This document shows, piece by piece, positions 45,439 to 56,578 of a stretch of 64,000 bases of DNA (position 1 is the stretch's first letter; each line of letters opens with the position of its first letter). Made by a program: the position numbers and the translations under genes. The notes beneath the pieces are model-generated. The model was not told where the DNA came from. It saw nothing but the letters and a program-made list of their open reading frames with translations, and searched no databases. Origin of the DNA: Tubulanus polymorphus (taxonomy: Eukaryota > Animalia > Nemertea); NCBI RefSeq assembly GCF_964204645.1, contig NW_027437471.1, forward strand, positions 5,463 to 69,462, given 5' to 3'.

Positions 45439-47764
45439 GCTGAACTAGGATTAGACACGGGTTTTTATACACGCAGCGCGCAACAAGTGAACAGTATTCG
45501 AGTTAGAAGTTAAGTGACCATATGAGACCTTGTGATCTAGACTAATTGTACTTCTGTGATCAAGCTAATAGACAAACTAGGGGTCTGACTAATTATGCCT
45601 TTGATCCAGAGTGACTAGAAAACAGCACTAATTATGGCCCTTGATCTAGCTGTTGAATAGTTTGCTTTGATGTATAGTTCTAAAGATCTAAAGAACGGCG
45701 TGTCTAATATAGAATTGAAAAGTTTATTTCGATATAACCTAATAAATACTCAAAGTGTTTTCTATAAAGAGAAATCTAGAATATGTATTATTAATATACG
45801 TGAACCGGAATGTTCGAAATATGTCCGAGTTCAGTTTCAAAATTGCTTAATTCCTAATTAGTTTAGACGCGTTAATTAGCGGTGCGCGGCCGAGGCGTAT
45901 TCCGATATACGCGTGTTTACTAAATAGTCGTAAATGGTGAAATCCGGTTCTTAGTTAATCAAGTTTTCTCCGTATTCTAAAGCTTTTAAGAGCGGATTTT
46001 GAAATATCTACGCGGTATTCTACCGAAAATTGGATGAATTAGACAGCGCGGCGTCGGCGATTTAGTAGGAAGTTATAACCCGTAAGATCTAAATTACTGA
46101 GTGAGCGCGGGTGGTTAATTAGCCCTAATTATGGGTGACGAGTTTTGATAGAAATGTCTTACTAATACGTCTGTTTTAATTCTAAGTTCTTAAATATAAT
46201 TCTATTAGATAAACTACGCTTATTTAGAGTTATTAGGATCGAGTAAAGCTATGTGAACTTGAACATGTGACAAATATATTCAGACCGGAGCGCGGGTATT
46301 CAGTAAATCGGTTTAAGCTTGCGTAGTTTGAGTGGTTCAAAAACACTATGATCTCTTCTTTAATCCGAAGGTTGAAATATATACGGGATATAAAACTCTT
46401 TTTGAATCGGGAATATTGGGCTGTGTTCTTTGAGAAAAACCGATGAGTTTGAAGGCGTCGTAACTGCGATTTTGTATAGAATTGAGTCGGATAATTAGTC
46501 AAGAGGCGCAGGTGGCCGATCGGTCACTAATTATGAGTGACTTGTAAACAGTGATTGATGTCCGTGGACTATTATTTATCCTATAAACTTCTTATACTTC
46601 TACAACCTATAGTGCGGTTTTTGAATATAGCTATTAATACTTTTGAGCGATCTCATTAGAATTGTTATCCGAAAATAAACTGTCTGTTTTAGAGAAATTT
46701 GAAACTTGACACCCGGATCTATATAGAGTATGTTCCAAGAGTTGGCGCGTAGATACGATAATAGTTAATTAGGACGTAGCGGGTTAGGTCCCCGACCGAA
46801 CGTTATAGATTAAACGGAGGTTAATTAGGGTGCCGCGGGTTCGAGTCCCGACCAGGCGCCGTTTAGTAATTGAATAGTTCTATTCTAAATGTTTTTTACC
46901 TATTCTGGATTCCTTTTAATTCTGAATCTTTGACGGATACAATAGTACTTTTCAGATGTTTCTACGATATAATCTTAGTGCCGACGCATATTTTCAAAAT
47001 AAATAAGAGCGGTGGACTGGTTACCGGTATCTAACGCGGGGCACCGGCAACCCGTCAGTACTAGCGGTTAATTTCGGAGCGGCGGGTACGGTTCCCGAGT
47101 ATTCTCCGGAGCTTAATTCGGGTGCCGCGGGTTCGAGTCCCGATCAGGCGCGCCGTTTTAGTAATTGAGTATATTCTTACCTATTCTAGATTCCCTTTCT
47201 TTCTAAATTTATAATAGATTAATTAATACTTTTCGGGTGTTTCTATGATATAATCTCAGTGCTGACGCATATTTTCGAAATAGATAATAGCGGTGGACTG
47301 GTTACCGGTTTCTATCGTCCTGGGACAGGCAACCAGTCTGTACTAGCGGTTAGGGTTCGGTTCCCGATATCGCGCTTTTGTTTATTTTTCTAACTGTTTC
47401 TGATATTTGGTCTGTCTTCTTACTTACTGAATTTCGATTGAGTTTTCAAAGTAAAGCAGAGAGAACTAATTAAAAGATAAAAGGTTGATGATTCCTGTGG
47501 AGCTTGTGATCTTGGAGTTTGTTTTGTACTCTGTCTCTGAGCGGGTTTCTGCTTCAGGCGACGGAGGATGATTCTGCAAATAGATTGATGATTAATAATT
47601 AATCAGTTAAGATAATTTACGAGGGAAACCTGGCACGGGCTAAGGTTAGGTTTAGAGATAGAGGTTAGGGGACCAAACCGAAGGTTTGGAGACCCCACTA
47701 GTGCACGGGCAGCGGGTTATCCCTGTAAAAAAGTAGTGAGAGTTAATTGTTGTAGTGAGGCGGT

Positions 47765-50224
47765 CTACGGGACGTTCATGCCTCGGGGCGTGTTCGTGTC
47801 GAGTCGTCGTATCCAGTCTTGTTCGGCTGCTTCGCGGATCGGTCTCGTGGAGCCTGGTAGGTGTTGGAGACCGTACACCCGAAAGTGTTCGCGGGTGTGG
47901 TCGACTTGGTTGAAGTGGTCCGAGACTGGAGTCGAATTCTTCGTTCTGATGCGTGAGACGTGATGAGTGACGCGTTCTCGTAGAGACATTCCGGTTTGGC
48001 CGACGTACAGCATGTTGCACTTGGTGCATTCGATGCAGTATACAATTTCACGGGTCGCGCAATTAATTGTGCTGCGGATCGCGTGCATTTTGTTGTGGCT
48101 GCGGCAAACGGTTGTTTCTCGGACGAGTGGACACGTACGACATCTCGGTGTTCTGCATTTCTCGGTGCCTCGACGTCGGGTTGACGGAGTTCTTTGAGTA
48201 GACCTGGAAATAGAAGAATTGGAAACAACGGAAGTATTTCTGTTACGATGCGGTGAAGAGGGGACTCGGGGAGGGGGTGGCTCCGTGGGTTTGAGCTGCG
48301 ACGAAGTTAGGAGATCTTTGAGACTCTTGTGCTTGGTGTAGGCGGTGACCGTGGTTACCTCGTCAGACCGGCCGGTGGCCGTAGCCAGTTCCGTAAATCT
48401 GGTTCGGATGTTACGGGCTAGGGTTCGGTTGGCTTCGGAGTGAGGTAAGATAAGCGGTAAACGCTTTTTCGGCGGTTCGTCGGCCCGTTGTTGTTCTCGT
48501 AGATCTCGTTCGGCGTGGTGCCGTAGAGCTTGGCTTTTGATGTGTCGCAGTTCGCGGTCTTTGTAGCCACGACCTCTGAGTACTTTAAGGACGGTTCCGG
48601 ACGCTGCGTGTAAGTCCGAATCGTTATTGCAGATGCGCCGGAACCGGAGAATTTGACTTTTAACTATACCGGAAAATGTGTGTTTAGGGTGAAACGAGGA
48701 TCGATGTAGTAATTGATGCGAATCGGTTGGTTTGAAGTAGACTTTGGTGTCTACTGTGCCACTTGTCTCGAATCGCGGGCCTTTGAAAGTGGTTACGTCC
48801 AGGAAGTTGACGCTGGTGTCGCTGATTTCGAACTTGAGTTTGATGGATCGGCTCACTGTTTGTAGGACGTCGATGAATTGCATCAACGTTTCGCGGCCGT
48901 GTTCCCAAACTATGTAGATGTCGTCGATGAACCGAGCGTATAGCGATGGTTGGAGTTCGCTTCTGGACAGACCTTCTTTTTCCCATTCGGCTACAAAGAT
49001 ATTGGCATAAGAAGGAGCAAAACGCTTACCCATTGCGGTACCTTTTACCTGTAAATATGTGTTTTCGTTAAAGTTAAAGTCATTTTTCTTCAGGCTGATT
49101 TCGAGTAGTTTCAGCAGCTCGGCATCCGGGCGTCCCGGGTTCGGGTTATCTCGGAGAGCTTGTCGGATGCTGGCGATACCCTCTTCGTGGGGGATGTTGG
49201 TGTAGAGCGAATCGATGTCCATGGTGACGAGTAACGCATCGGCGCTAAATTGTTTACCGGCCAAAATATCTAGAAAGTGGTTGGTATCTTTGACGTACGA
49301 CGGGTGACCGCGGGCGATCGGCTGCAAATAGTAGTCGATCCATTCCGAAATTTCGTAGGTTTCGGAGCCGCAGTCGGAGACGATCGGTCTCCCCGGCGGT
49401 ACGCGATCGGGTATCGTCCACTTCTCGCGTTCTTTATGGATTTTGGGAAGCAGATAGAACTGCCTCTGTTTCGGATTATCGGGCGGTAATAGATATTCGG
49501 CGGTTTTTAGCGGGATGATTTTTCGTCGAGCCATATTTTCGATGATTTCGCGAATTTCTTCCCCGGTCTGTTCGAAGATCGGTTGCTGCAGCGGCTGATA
49601 ATACTCGAGATCGGCTAGTTGGCGCATGGCTTCGTGGACGTAGTCGTCGCGGTCCATGATAACCGTAGCGGAACCCTTATCGGCGGCTTTGATGACAATA
49701 TTAGTGTTGTCACGCAGCTGCTGGAGGGCTTCGCGTTCCTGTTTAGTGAGGTTATCATTTACGCGACGCGTATCCCTGGTTTGTTGAGCCAATTCGTGCG
49801 CGTCGTTGCAGAACCCGGCGATTACTGGTTCTATTTCATCCGGAGCCCAACTGCTGGGCAGACGGAAACGCGGAGCCTCGCGGTCCGGTTTGTCTCGGAA
49901 GTGATGGTCGAGTTTCACTAGCCGGTTGAATCGGCACACTCCCTTGGTGCGCTCGGTCGCGGCGGCATCAGAACCGATTTTTGGAGTCGGGCAATAAGTG
50001 AGGCCCTTTCGGAGTAGCTGATGTTGCGCCGGACTTAGGCGGAGTGAACGTGTGAGGTTGACCACCGGGCTCCCGAGAGCGGTGACCGGATCGCGCCGCG
50101 CTTGGTTTGGTGCCGGTTCTTCGTGTTCGTCGGACCTGGAAATGGAAGAAATCAGAGAAGCATTGGTTAATTCCGGTTGATTTAACTCACCAATAGTGGA
50201 CCCGTTGGTCTCACTAATACTTAG
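47765..50224 (-). CDS. PLE RT + GIY-YIG (ORF2, unit 3)
   Basis: Translation identical to unit 2. Confidence 0.95.
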   Translation of the reverse strand, partial: LSISETNGSTIGELNQPELTNASLISSISRSDEHEEPAPNQARRDPVTALGSPVVNLTRSLRLSPAQHQLLRKGLTYCPTPKIGSDAAATERTKGVCRFNRLVKLDHHFRDKPDREAPRFRLPSSWAPDEIEPVIAGFCNDAHELAQQTRDTRRVNDNLTKQEREALQQLRDNTNIVIKAADKGSATVIMDRDDYVHEAMRQLADLEYYQPLQQPIFEQTGEEIREIIENMARRKIIPLKTAEYLLPPDNPKQRQFYLLPKIHKEREKWTIPDRVPPGRPIVSDCGSETYEISEWIDYYLQPIARGHPSYVKDTNHFLDILAGKQFSADALLVTMDIDSLYTNIPHEEGIASIRQALRDNPNPGRPDAELLKLLEISLKKNDFNFNENTYLQVKGTAMGKRFAPSYANIFVAEWEKEGLSRSELQPSLYARFIDDIYIVWEHGRETLMQFIDVLQTVSRSIKLKFEISDTSVNFLDVTTFKGPRFETSGTVDTKVYFKPTDSHQLLHRSSFHPKHTFSGIVKSQILRFRRICNNDSDLHAASGTVLKVLRGRGYKDRELRHIKSQALRHHAERDLREQQRADEPPKKRLPLILPHSEANRTLARNIRTRFTELATATGRSDEVTTVTAYTKHKSLKDLLTSSQLKPTEPPPPRVPSSPHRNRNTSVVSNSSISRSTQRTPSTRRRGTEKCRTPRCRTCPLVRETTVCRSHNKMHAIRSTINCATREIVYCIECTKCNMLYVGQTGMSLRERVTHHVSRIRTKNSTPVSDHFNQVDHTREHFRVYGLQHLPGSTRPIREAAEQDWIRRLDTNTPRGMNVP

Positions 50225-51792
50225 TTTAAACCACTGAGCCAGTGGTCCAGCAGGGTGTTAGCTGTACCACGGTTCCAGTGGATCCCGTCTCCAACAACTC
50301 TGAAGCGTCGATCATCGATGGGTGGTATCGCGGTGACGTCGTCGTGAATCTCGAGGAATTCGTTGAACTTCCGGGCGAACTGCTGGTGTTCGCGGGTCGT
50401 GTTGAGTTGAACGAAGTGGACGAACGAGTGCTGATACTTCTTGACTGCGGCGTTGATCAGGCGCTGTGTGGTCTTCTTGGCGGTCGCTTCGAAGTTGTTG
50501 TCGCGGTTGTTGATTCCGACGCTGATGATCACCGTATCCGGGCGATCTCGGCGCTCCGGTACAGCATCGATCAGGTCGGCGAGATGAGCTATCTTGCAGC
50601 CGGGGAAGCTCTCGATCTGGACGTCATCCGGACGGCGGCTTGATGTGATGTTACTCAGATTTGAGTCACCAATCACCAGAATGGGTCGCCGGGTTGGTGG
50701 CAGACTCCAATCCTGTTTCTTCCGACCCGTATTCGGATGACGGCGAACTTCCTGGGGCGCCATCGGTCTCGGTGTAGGCGTCGGACTTCGCGCTGGCAGT
50801 AGGCGCCCTGGTGACCTGTAATGAGACGGAGAGCTGGAAAGAGAAGAAGAGAGAGACGGCGTCGGACTGCTGGTTGGTGCGGTCGGCGTTCTCTGCGGCG
50901 GCGGCGGCGGCGGCGGCGTCGGGTTTCGAGGCGGCGGCGTCGGACTTCTCGGTGGCGTCGGACTTCTTGGTGGCGGCGGCGGCGGCGTCGGCATCGGACT
51001 TCTCGGTGGTGGCGCCATTCTGGTTGGTGGCGTCCTGGTGACATCCGCGTAGCTTCTCGGTGACCTGGAATCAGAAAAAGAAGGAGGCGCTGTGGGCGCG
51101 GCGGGCGCGACTGCGGTTGGTGCAGGCGTCCTCGGCGTCGCGGGCTTTCGAATCTTCCGGCTCGGTCTCGGCGGCGGACGAATCTTCGGCTCCGTGGGTG
51201 CCTCCTGGTGGTGTGACCTGAAATGAGAAGGGGAAGAAGGTGGGTTAGATAGGACATTTCTGAGTTTGTCAGACAGAGCCTGACCGCGGAATTTCGACCG
51301 CAAATCCAGCGCGATGTTGAAAAGCCGGATCGTTCCGGGGCTCAGACGGGAGCCGAAATTCCTCCGGGCCCATGTCAGGGCGACATCCTGTGCTGATAGA
51401 CAGTCCGGCAGAGGATCACCCATTAGCTCAACAAATGTGGCAGCGTAATGGATGGTCAGCTCTTTCGAAACTGTCTCCATCCAGACGTCCGCGGCAGCGT
51501 GCAGCTGCACCGTTACTGCTTCGGTGCAAGCCGCCGGCCGCAGGAACATCTTCAGATGGTCCTTCTTCCTCCGAATCGCTTTCGGACCAGAGCTCAACTG
51601 GGCAAGGTGGTGCGCCACTTGAAGAGCTCTATAATAGGTTTTCGGCGACATCCCGGGTTGCTGGTGTCGCTCAGGGCGTCCTCCGCCCTTGCTGGTCTTC
51701 TCAGCTGGTGGTCGTTTCTTCTTTCGAGTAGATCGCTCCATTGACAGATATTTCGGCGAGGTTGCCTTCGTCAGTGTCAGTGCAGGAATCAT
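50221..51792 (-). CDS. PLE ORF1 SGNH esterase (unit 3)
   Basis: Identical to unit 2. Confidence 0.9.
   Translation of the reverse strand: MIPALTLTKATSPKYLSMERSTRKKKRPPAEKTSKGGGRPERHQQPGMSPKTYYRALQVAHHLAQLSSGPKAIRRKKDHLKMFLRPAACTEAVTVQLHAAADVWMETVSKELTIHYAATFVELMGDPLPDCLSAQDVALTWARRNFGSRLSPGTIRLFNIALDLRSKFRGQALSDKLRNVLSNPPSSPSHFRSHHQEAPTEPKIRPPPRPSRKIRKPATPRTPAPTAVAPAAPTAPPSFSDSRSPRSYADVTRTPPTRMAPPPRSPMPTPPPPPPRSPTPPRSPTPPPRNPTPPPPPPPQRTPTAPTSSPTPSLSSSLSSSPSHYRSPGRLLPARSPTPTPRPMAPQEVRRHPNTGRKKQDWSLPPTRRPILVIGDSNLSNITSSRRPDDVQIESFPGCKIAHLADLIDAVPERRDRPDTVIISVGINNRDNNFEATAKKTTQRLINAAVKKYQHSFVHFVQLNTTREHQQFARKFNEFLEIHDDVTAIPPIDDRRFRVVGDGIHWNRGTANTLLDHWLSGLN
51739..51782 (-). ncRNA. Minimal hammerhead ribozyme (unit 3)
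   Basis: Same sequence as 39031-39074. Confidence 0.8.
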
Positions 51793-54118
51793 GCTGAACT
51801 AGGATTAGACACGGGTTTTTATACACGCAGCGCGCAACAAGTGAACAGTATTCGAGTTAGAAGTTAAGTGACCATATGAGACCTTGTGATCTAGACTAAT
51901 TGTACTTCTGTGATCAAGCTAATAGACAAACTAGGGGTCTGACTAATTATGCCTTTGATCCAGAGTGACTAGAAAACAGCACTAATTATGGCCCTTGATC
52001 TAGCTGTTGAATAGTTTGCTTTGATGTATAGTTCTAAAGATCTAAAGAACGGCGTGTCTAATATAGAATTGAAAAGTTTATTTCGATATAACCTAATAAA
52101 TACTCAAAGTGTTTTCTATAAAGAGAAATCTAGAATATGTATTATTAATATACGTGAACCGGAATGTTCGAAATATGTCCGAGTTCAGTTTCAAAATTGC
52201 TTAATTCCTAATTAGTTTAGACGCGTTAATTAGCGGTGCGCGGCCGAGGCGTATTCCGATATACGCGTGTTTACTAAATAGTCGTAAATGGTGAAATCCG
52301 GTTCTTAGTTAATCAAGTTTTCTCCGTATTCTAAAGCTTTTAAGAGCGGATTTTGAAATATCTACGCGGTATTCTACCGAAAATTGGATGAATTAGACAG
52401 CGCGGCGTCGGCGATTTAGTAGGAAGTTATAACCCGTAAGATCTAAATTACTGAGTGAGCGCGGGTGGTTAATTAGCCCTAATTATGGGTGACGAGTTTT
52501 GATAGAAATGTCTTACTAATACGTCTGTTTTAATTCTAAGTTCTTAAATATAATTCTATTAGATAAACTACGCTTATTTAGAGTTATTAGGATCGAGTAA
52601 AGCTATGTGAACTTGAACATGTGACAAATATATTCAGACCGGAGCGCGGGTATTCAGTAAATCGGTTTAAGCTTGCGTAGTTTGAGTGGTTCAAAAACAC
52701 TATGATCTCTTCTTTAATCCGAAGGTTGAAATATATACGGGATATAAAACTCTTTTTGAATCGGGAATATTGGGCTGTGTTCTTTGAGAAAAACCGATGA
52801 GTTTGAAGGCGTCGTAACTGCGATTTTGTATAGAATTGAGTCGGATAATTAGTCAAGAGGCGCAGGTGGCCGATCGGTCACTAATTATGAGTGACTTGTA
52901 AACAGTGATTGATGTCCGTGGACTATTATTTATCCTATAAACTTCTTATACTTCTACAACCTATAGTGCGGTTTTTGAATATAGCTATTAATACTTTTGA
53001 GCGATCTCATTAGAATTGTTATCCGAAAATAAACTGTCTGTTTTAGAGAAATTTGAAACTTGACACCCGGATCTATATAGAGTATGTTCCAAGAGTTGGC
53101 GCGTAGATACGATAATAGTTAATTAGGACGTAGCGGGTTAGGTCCCCGACCGAACGTTATAGATTAAACGGAGGTTAATTAGGGTGCCGCGGGTTCGAGT
53201 CCCGACCAGGCGCCGTTTAGTAATTGAATAGTTCTATTCTAAATGTTTTTTACCTATTCTGGATTCCTTTTAATTCTGAATCTTTGACGGATACAATAGT
53301 ACTTTTCAGATGTTTCTACGATATAATCTTAGTGCCGACGCATATTTTCAAAATAAATAAGAGCGGTGGACTGGTTACCGGTATCTAACGCGGGGCACCG
53401 GCAACCCGTCAGTACTAGCGGTTAATTTCGGAGCGGCGGGTACGGTTCCCGAGTATTCTCCGGAGCTTAATTCGGGTGCCGCGGGTTCGAGTCCCGATCA
53501 GGCGCGCCGTTTTAGTAATTGAGTATATTCTTACCTATTCTAGATTCCCTTTCTTTCTAAATTTATAATAGATTAATTAATACTTTTCGGGTGTTTCTAT
53601 GATATAATCTCAGTGCTGACGCATATTTTCGAAATAGATAATAGCGGTGGACTGGTTACCGGTTTCTATCGTCCTGGGACAGGCAACCAGTCTGTACTAG
53701 CGGTTAGGGTTCGGTTCCCGATATCGCGCTTTTGTTTATTTTTCTAACTGTTTCTGATATTTGGTCTGTCTTCTTACTTACTGAATTTCGATTGAGTTTT
53801 CAAAGTAAAGCAGAGAGAACTAATTAAAAGATAAAAGGTTGATGATTCCTGTGGAGCTTGTGATCTTGGAGTTTGTTTTGTACTCTGTCTCTGAGCGGGT
53901 TTCTGCTTCAGGCGACGGAGGATGATTCTGCAAATAGATTGATGATTAATAATTAATCAGTTAAGATAATTTACGAGGGAAACCTGGCACGGGCTAAGGT
54001 TAGGTTTAGAGATAGAGGTTAGGGGACCAAACCGAAGGTTTGGAGACCCCACTAGTGCACGGGCAGCGGGTTATCCCTGTAAAAAAGTAGTGAGAGTTAA
54101 TTGTTGTAGTGAGGCGGT

Positions 54119-56578
54119 CTACGGGACGTTCATGCCTCGGGGCGTGTTCGTGTCGAGTCGTCGTATCCAGTCTTGTTCGGCTGCTTCGCGGATCGGTCTC
54201 GTGGAGCCTGGTAGGTGTTGGAGACCGTACACCCGAAAGTGTTCGCGGGTGTGGTCGACTTGGTTGAAGTGGTCCGAGACTGGAGTCGAATTCTTCGTTC
54301 TGATGCGTGAGACGTGATGAGTGACGCGTTCTCGTAGAGACATTCCGGTTTGGCCGACGTACAGCATGTTGCACTTGGTGCATTCGATGCAGTATACAAT
54401 TTCACGGGTCGCGCAATTAATTGTGCTGCGGATCGCGTGCATTTTGTTGTGGCTGCGGCAAACGGTTGTTTCTCGGACGAGTGGACACGTACGACATCTC
54501 GGTGTTCTGCATTTCTCGGTGCCTCGACGTCGGGTTGACGGAGTTCTTTGAGTAGACCTGGAAATAGAAGAATTGGAAACAACGGAAGTATTTCTGTTAC
54601 GATGCGGTGAAGAGGGGACTCGGGGAGGGGGTGGCTCCGTGGGTTTGAGCTGCGACGAAGTTAGGAGATCTTTGAGACTCTTGTGCTTGGTGTAGGCGGT
54701 GACCGTGGTTACCTCGTCAGACCGGCCGGTGGCCGTAGCCAGTTCCGTAAATCTGGTTCGGATGTTACGGGCTAGGGTTCGGTTGGCTTCGGAGTGAGGT
54801 AAGATAAGCGGTAAACGCTTTTTCGGCGGTTCGTCGGCCCGTTGTTGTTCTCGTAGATCTCGTTCGGCGTGGTGCCGTAGAGCTTGGCTTTTGATGTGTC
54901 GCAGTTCGCGGTCTTTGTAGCCACGACCTCTGAGTACTTTAAGGACGGTTCCGGACGCTGCGTGTAAGTCCGAATCGTTATTGCAGATGCGCCGGAACCG
55001 GAGAATTTGACTTTTAACTATACCGGAAAATGTGTGTTTAGGGTGAAACGAGGATCGATGTAGTAATTGATGCGAATCGGTTGGTTTGAAGTAGACTTTG
55101 GTGTCTACTGTGCCACTTGTCTCGAATCGCGGGCCTTTGAAAGTGGTTACGTCCAGGAAGTTGACGCTGGTGTCGCTGATTTCGAACTTGAGTTTGATGG
55201 ATCGGCTCACTGTTTGTAGGACGTCGATGAATTGCATCAACGTTTCGCGGCCGTGTTCCCAAACTATGTAGATGTCGTCGATGAACCGAGCGTATAGCGA
55301 TGGTTGGAGTTCGCTTCTGGACAGACCTTCTTTTTCCCATTCGGCTACAAAGATATTGGCATAAGAAGGAGCAAAACGCTTACCCATTGCGGTACCTTTT
55401 ACCTGTAAATATGTGTTTTCGTTAAAGTTAAAGTCATTTTTCTTCAGGCTGATTTCGAGTAGTTTCAGCAGCTCGGCATCCGGGCGTCCCGGGTTCGGGT
55501 TATCTCGGAGAGCTTGTCGGATGCTGGCGATACCCTCTTCGTGGGGGATGTTGGTGTAGAGCGAATCGATGTCCATGGTGACGAGTAACGCATCGGCGCT
55601 AAATTGTTTACCGGCCAAAATATCTAGAAAGTGGTTGGTATCTTTGACGTACGACGGGTGACCGCGGGCGATCGGCTGCAAATAGTAGTCGATCCATTCC
55701 GAAATTTCGTAGGTTTCGGAGCCGCAGTCGGAGACGATCGGTCTCCCCGGCGGTACGCGATCGGGTATCGTCCACTTCTCGCGTTCTTTATGGATTTTGG
55801 GAAGCAGATAGAACTGCCTCTGTTTCGGATTATCGGGCGGTAATAGATATTCGGCGGTTTTTAGCGGGATGATTTTTCGTCGAGCCATATTTTCGATGAT
55901 TTCGCGAATTTCTTCCCCGGTCTGTTCGAAGATCGGTTGCTGCAGCGGCTGATAATACTCGAGATCGGCTAGTTGGCGCATGGCTTCGTGGACGTAGTCG
56001 TCGCGGTCCATGATAACCGTAGCGGAACCCTTATCGGCGGCTTTGATGACAATATTAGTGTTGTCACGCAGCTGCTGGAGGGCTTCGCGTTCCTGTTTAG
56101 TGAGGTTATCATTTACGCGACGCGTATCCCTGGTTTGTTGAGCCAATTCGTGCGCGTCGTTGCAGAACCCGGCGATTACTGGTTCTATTTCATCCGGAGC
56201 CCAACTGCTGGGCAGACGGAAACGCGGAGCCTCGCGGTCCGGTTTGTCTCGGAAGTGATGGTCGAGTTTCACTAGCCGGTTGAATCGGCACACTCCCTTG
56301 GTGCGCTCGGTCGCGGCGGCATCAGAACCGATTTTTGGAGTCGGGCAATAAGTGAGGCCCTTTCGGAGTAGCTGATGTTGCGCCGGACTTAGGCGGAGTG
56401 AACGTGTGAGGTTGACCACCGGGCTCCCGAGAGCGGTGACCGGATCGCGTCGCGCTTGGTTTGGTGCCGGTTCTTCGTGTTCGTCGGACCTGGAAATGGA
56501 AGAAATCAGAGAAGCATTGGTTAATTCCGGTTGATTTAACTCACCAATAGTGGACCCGTTGGTCTCACTAATACTTAG
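54119..56578 (-). CDS. PLE RT + GIY-YIG (ORF2, unit 4)
   Basis: Translation identical to unit 2. Confidence 0.95.
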   Translation of the reverse strand, partial: LSISETNGSTIGELNQPELTNASLISSISRSDEHEEPAPNQARRDPVTALGSPVVNLTRSLRLSPAQHQLLRKGLTYCPTPKIGSDAAATERTKGVCRFNRLVKLDHHFRDKPDREAPRFRLPSSWAPDEIEPVIAGFCNDAHELAQQTRDTRRVNDNLTKQEREALQQLRDNTNIVIKAADKGSATVIMDRDDYVHEAMRQLADLEYYQPLQQPIFEQTGEEIREIIENMARRKIIPLKTAEYLLPPDNPKQRQFYLLPKIHKEREKWTIPDRVPPGRPIVSDCGSETYEISEWIDYYLQPIARGHPSYVKDTNHFLDILAGKQFSADALLVTMDIDSLYTNIPHEEGIASIRQALRDNPNPGRPDAELLKLLEISLKKNDFNFNENTYLQVKGTAMGKRFAPSYANIFVAEWEKEGLSRSELQPSLYARFIDDIYIVWEHGRETLMQFIDVLQTVSRSIKLKFEISDTSVNFLDVTTFKGPRFETSGTVDTKVYFKPTDSHQLLHRSSFHPKHTFSGIVKSQILRFRRICNNDSDLHAASGTVLKVLRGRGYKDRELRHIKSQALRHHAERDLREQQRADEPPKKRLPLILPHSEANRTLARNIRTRFTELATATGRSDEVTTVTAYTKHKSLKDLLTSSQLKPTEPPPPRVPSSPHRNRNTSVVSNSSISRSTQRTPSTRRRGTEKCRTPRCRTCPLVRETTVCRSHNKMHAIRSTINCATREIVYCIECTKCNMLYVGQTGMSLRERVTHHVSRIRTKNSTPVSDHFNQVDHTREHFRVYGLQHLPGSTRPIREAAEQDWIRRLDTNTPRGMNVP

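Larger units (their letters stand above)
41290..47643 (-). mobile_element. Penelope-like retroelement, full unit 2 (6354 bp)
   Basis: Head-to-tail repeat; ORF coordinates recur with 6354-bp period. Confidence 0.95.
47644..53997 (-). mobile_element. Penelope-like retroelement, full unit 3 (6354 bp)
   Basis: Translations identical to unit 2; one SNP seen at 50096. Confidence 0.95.
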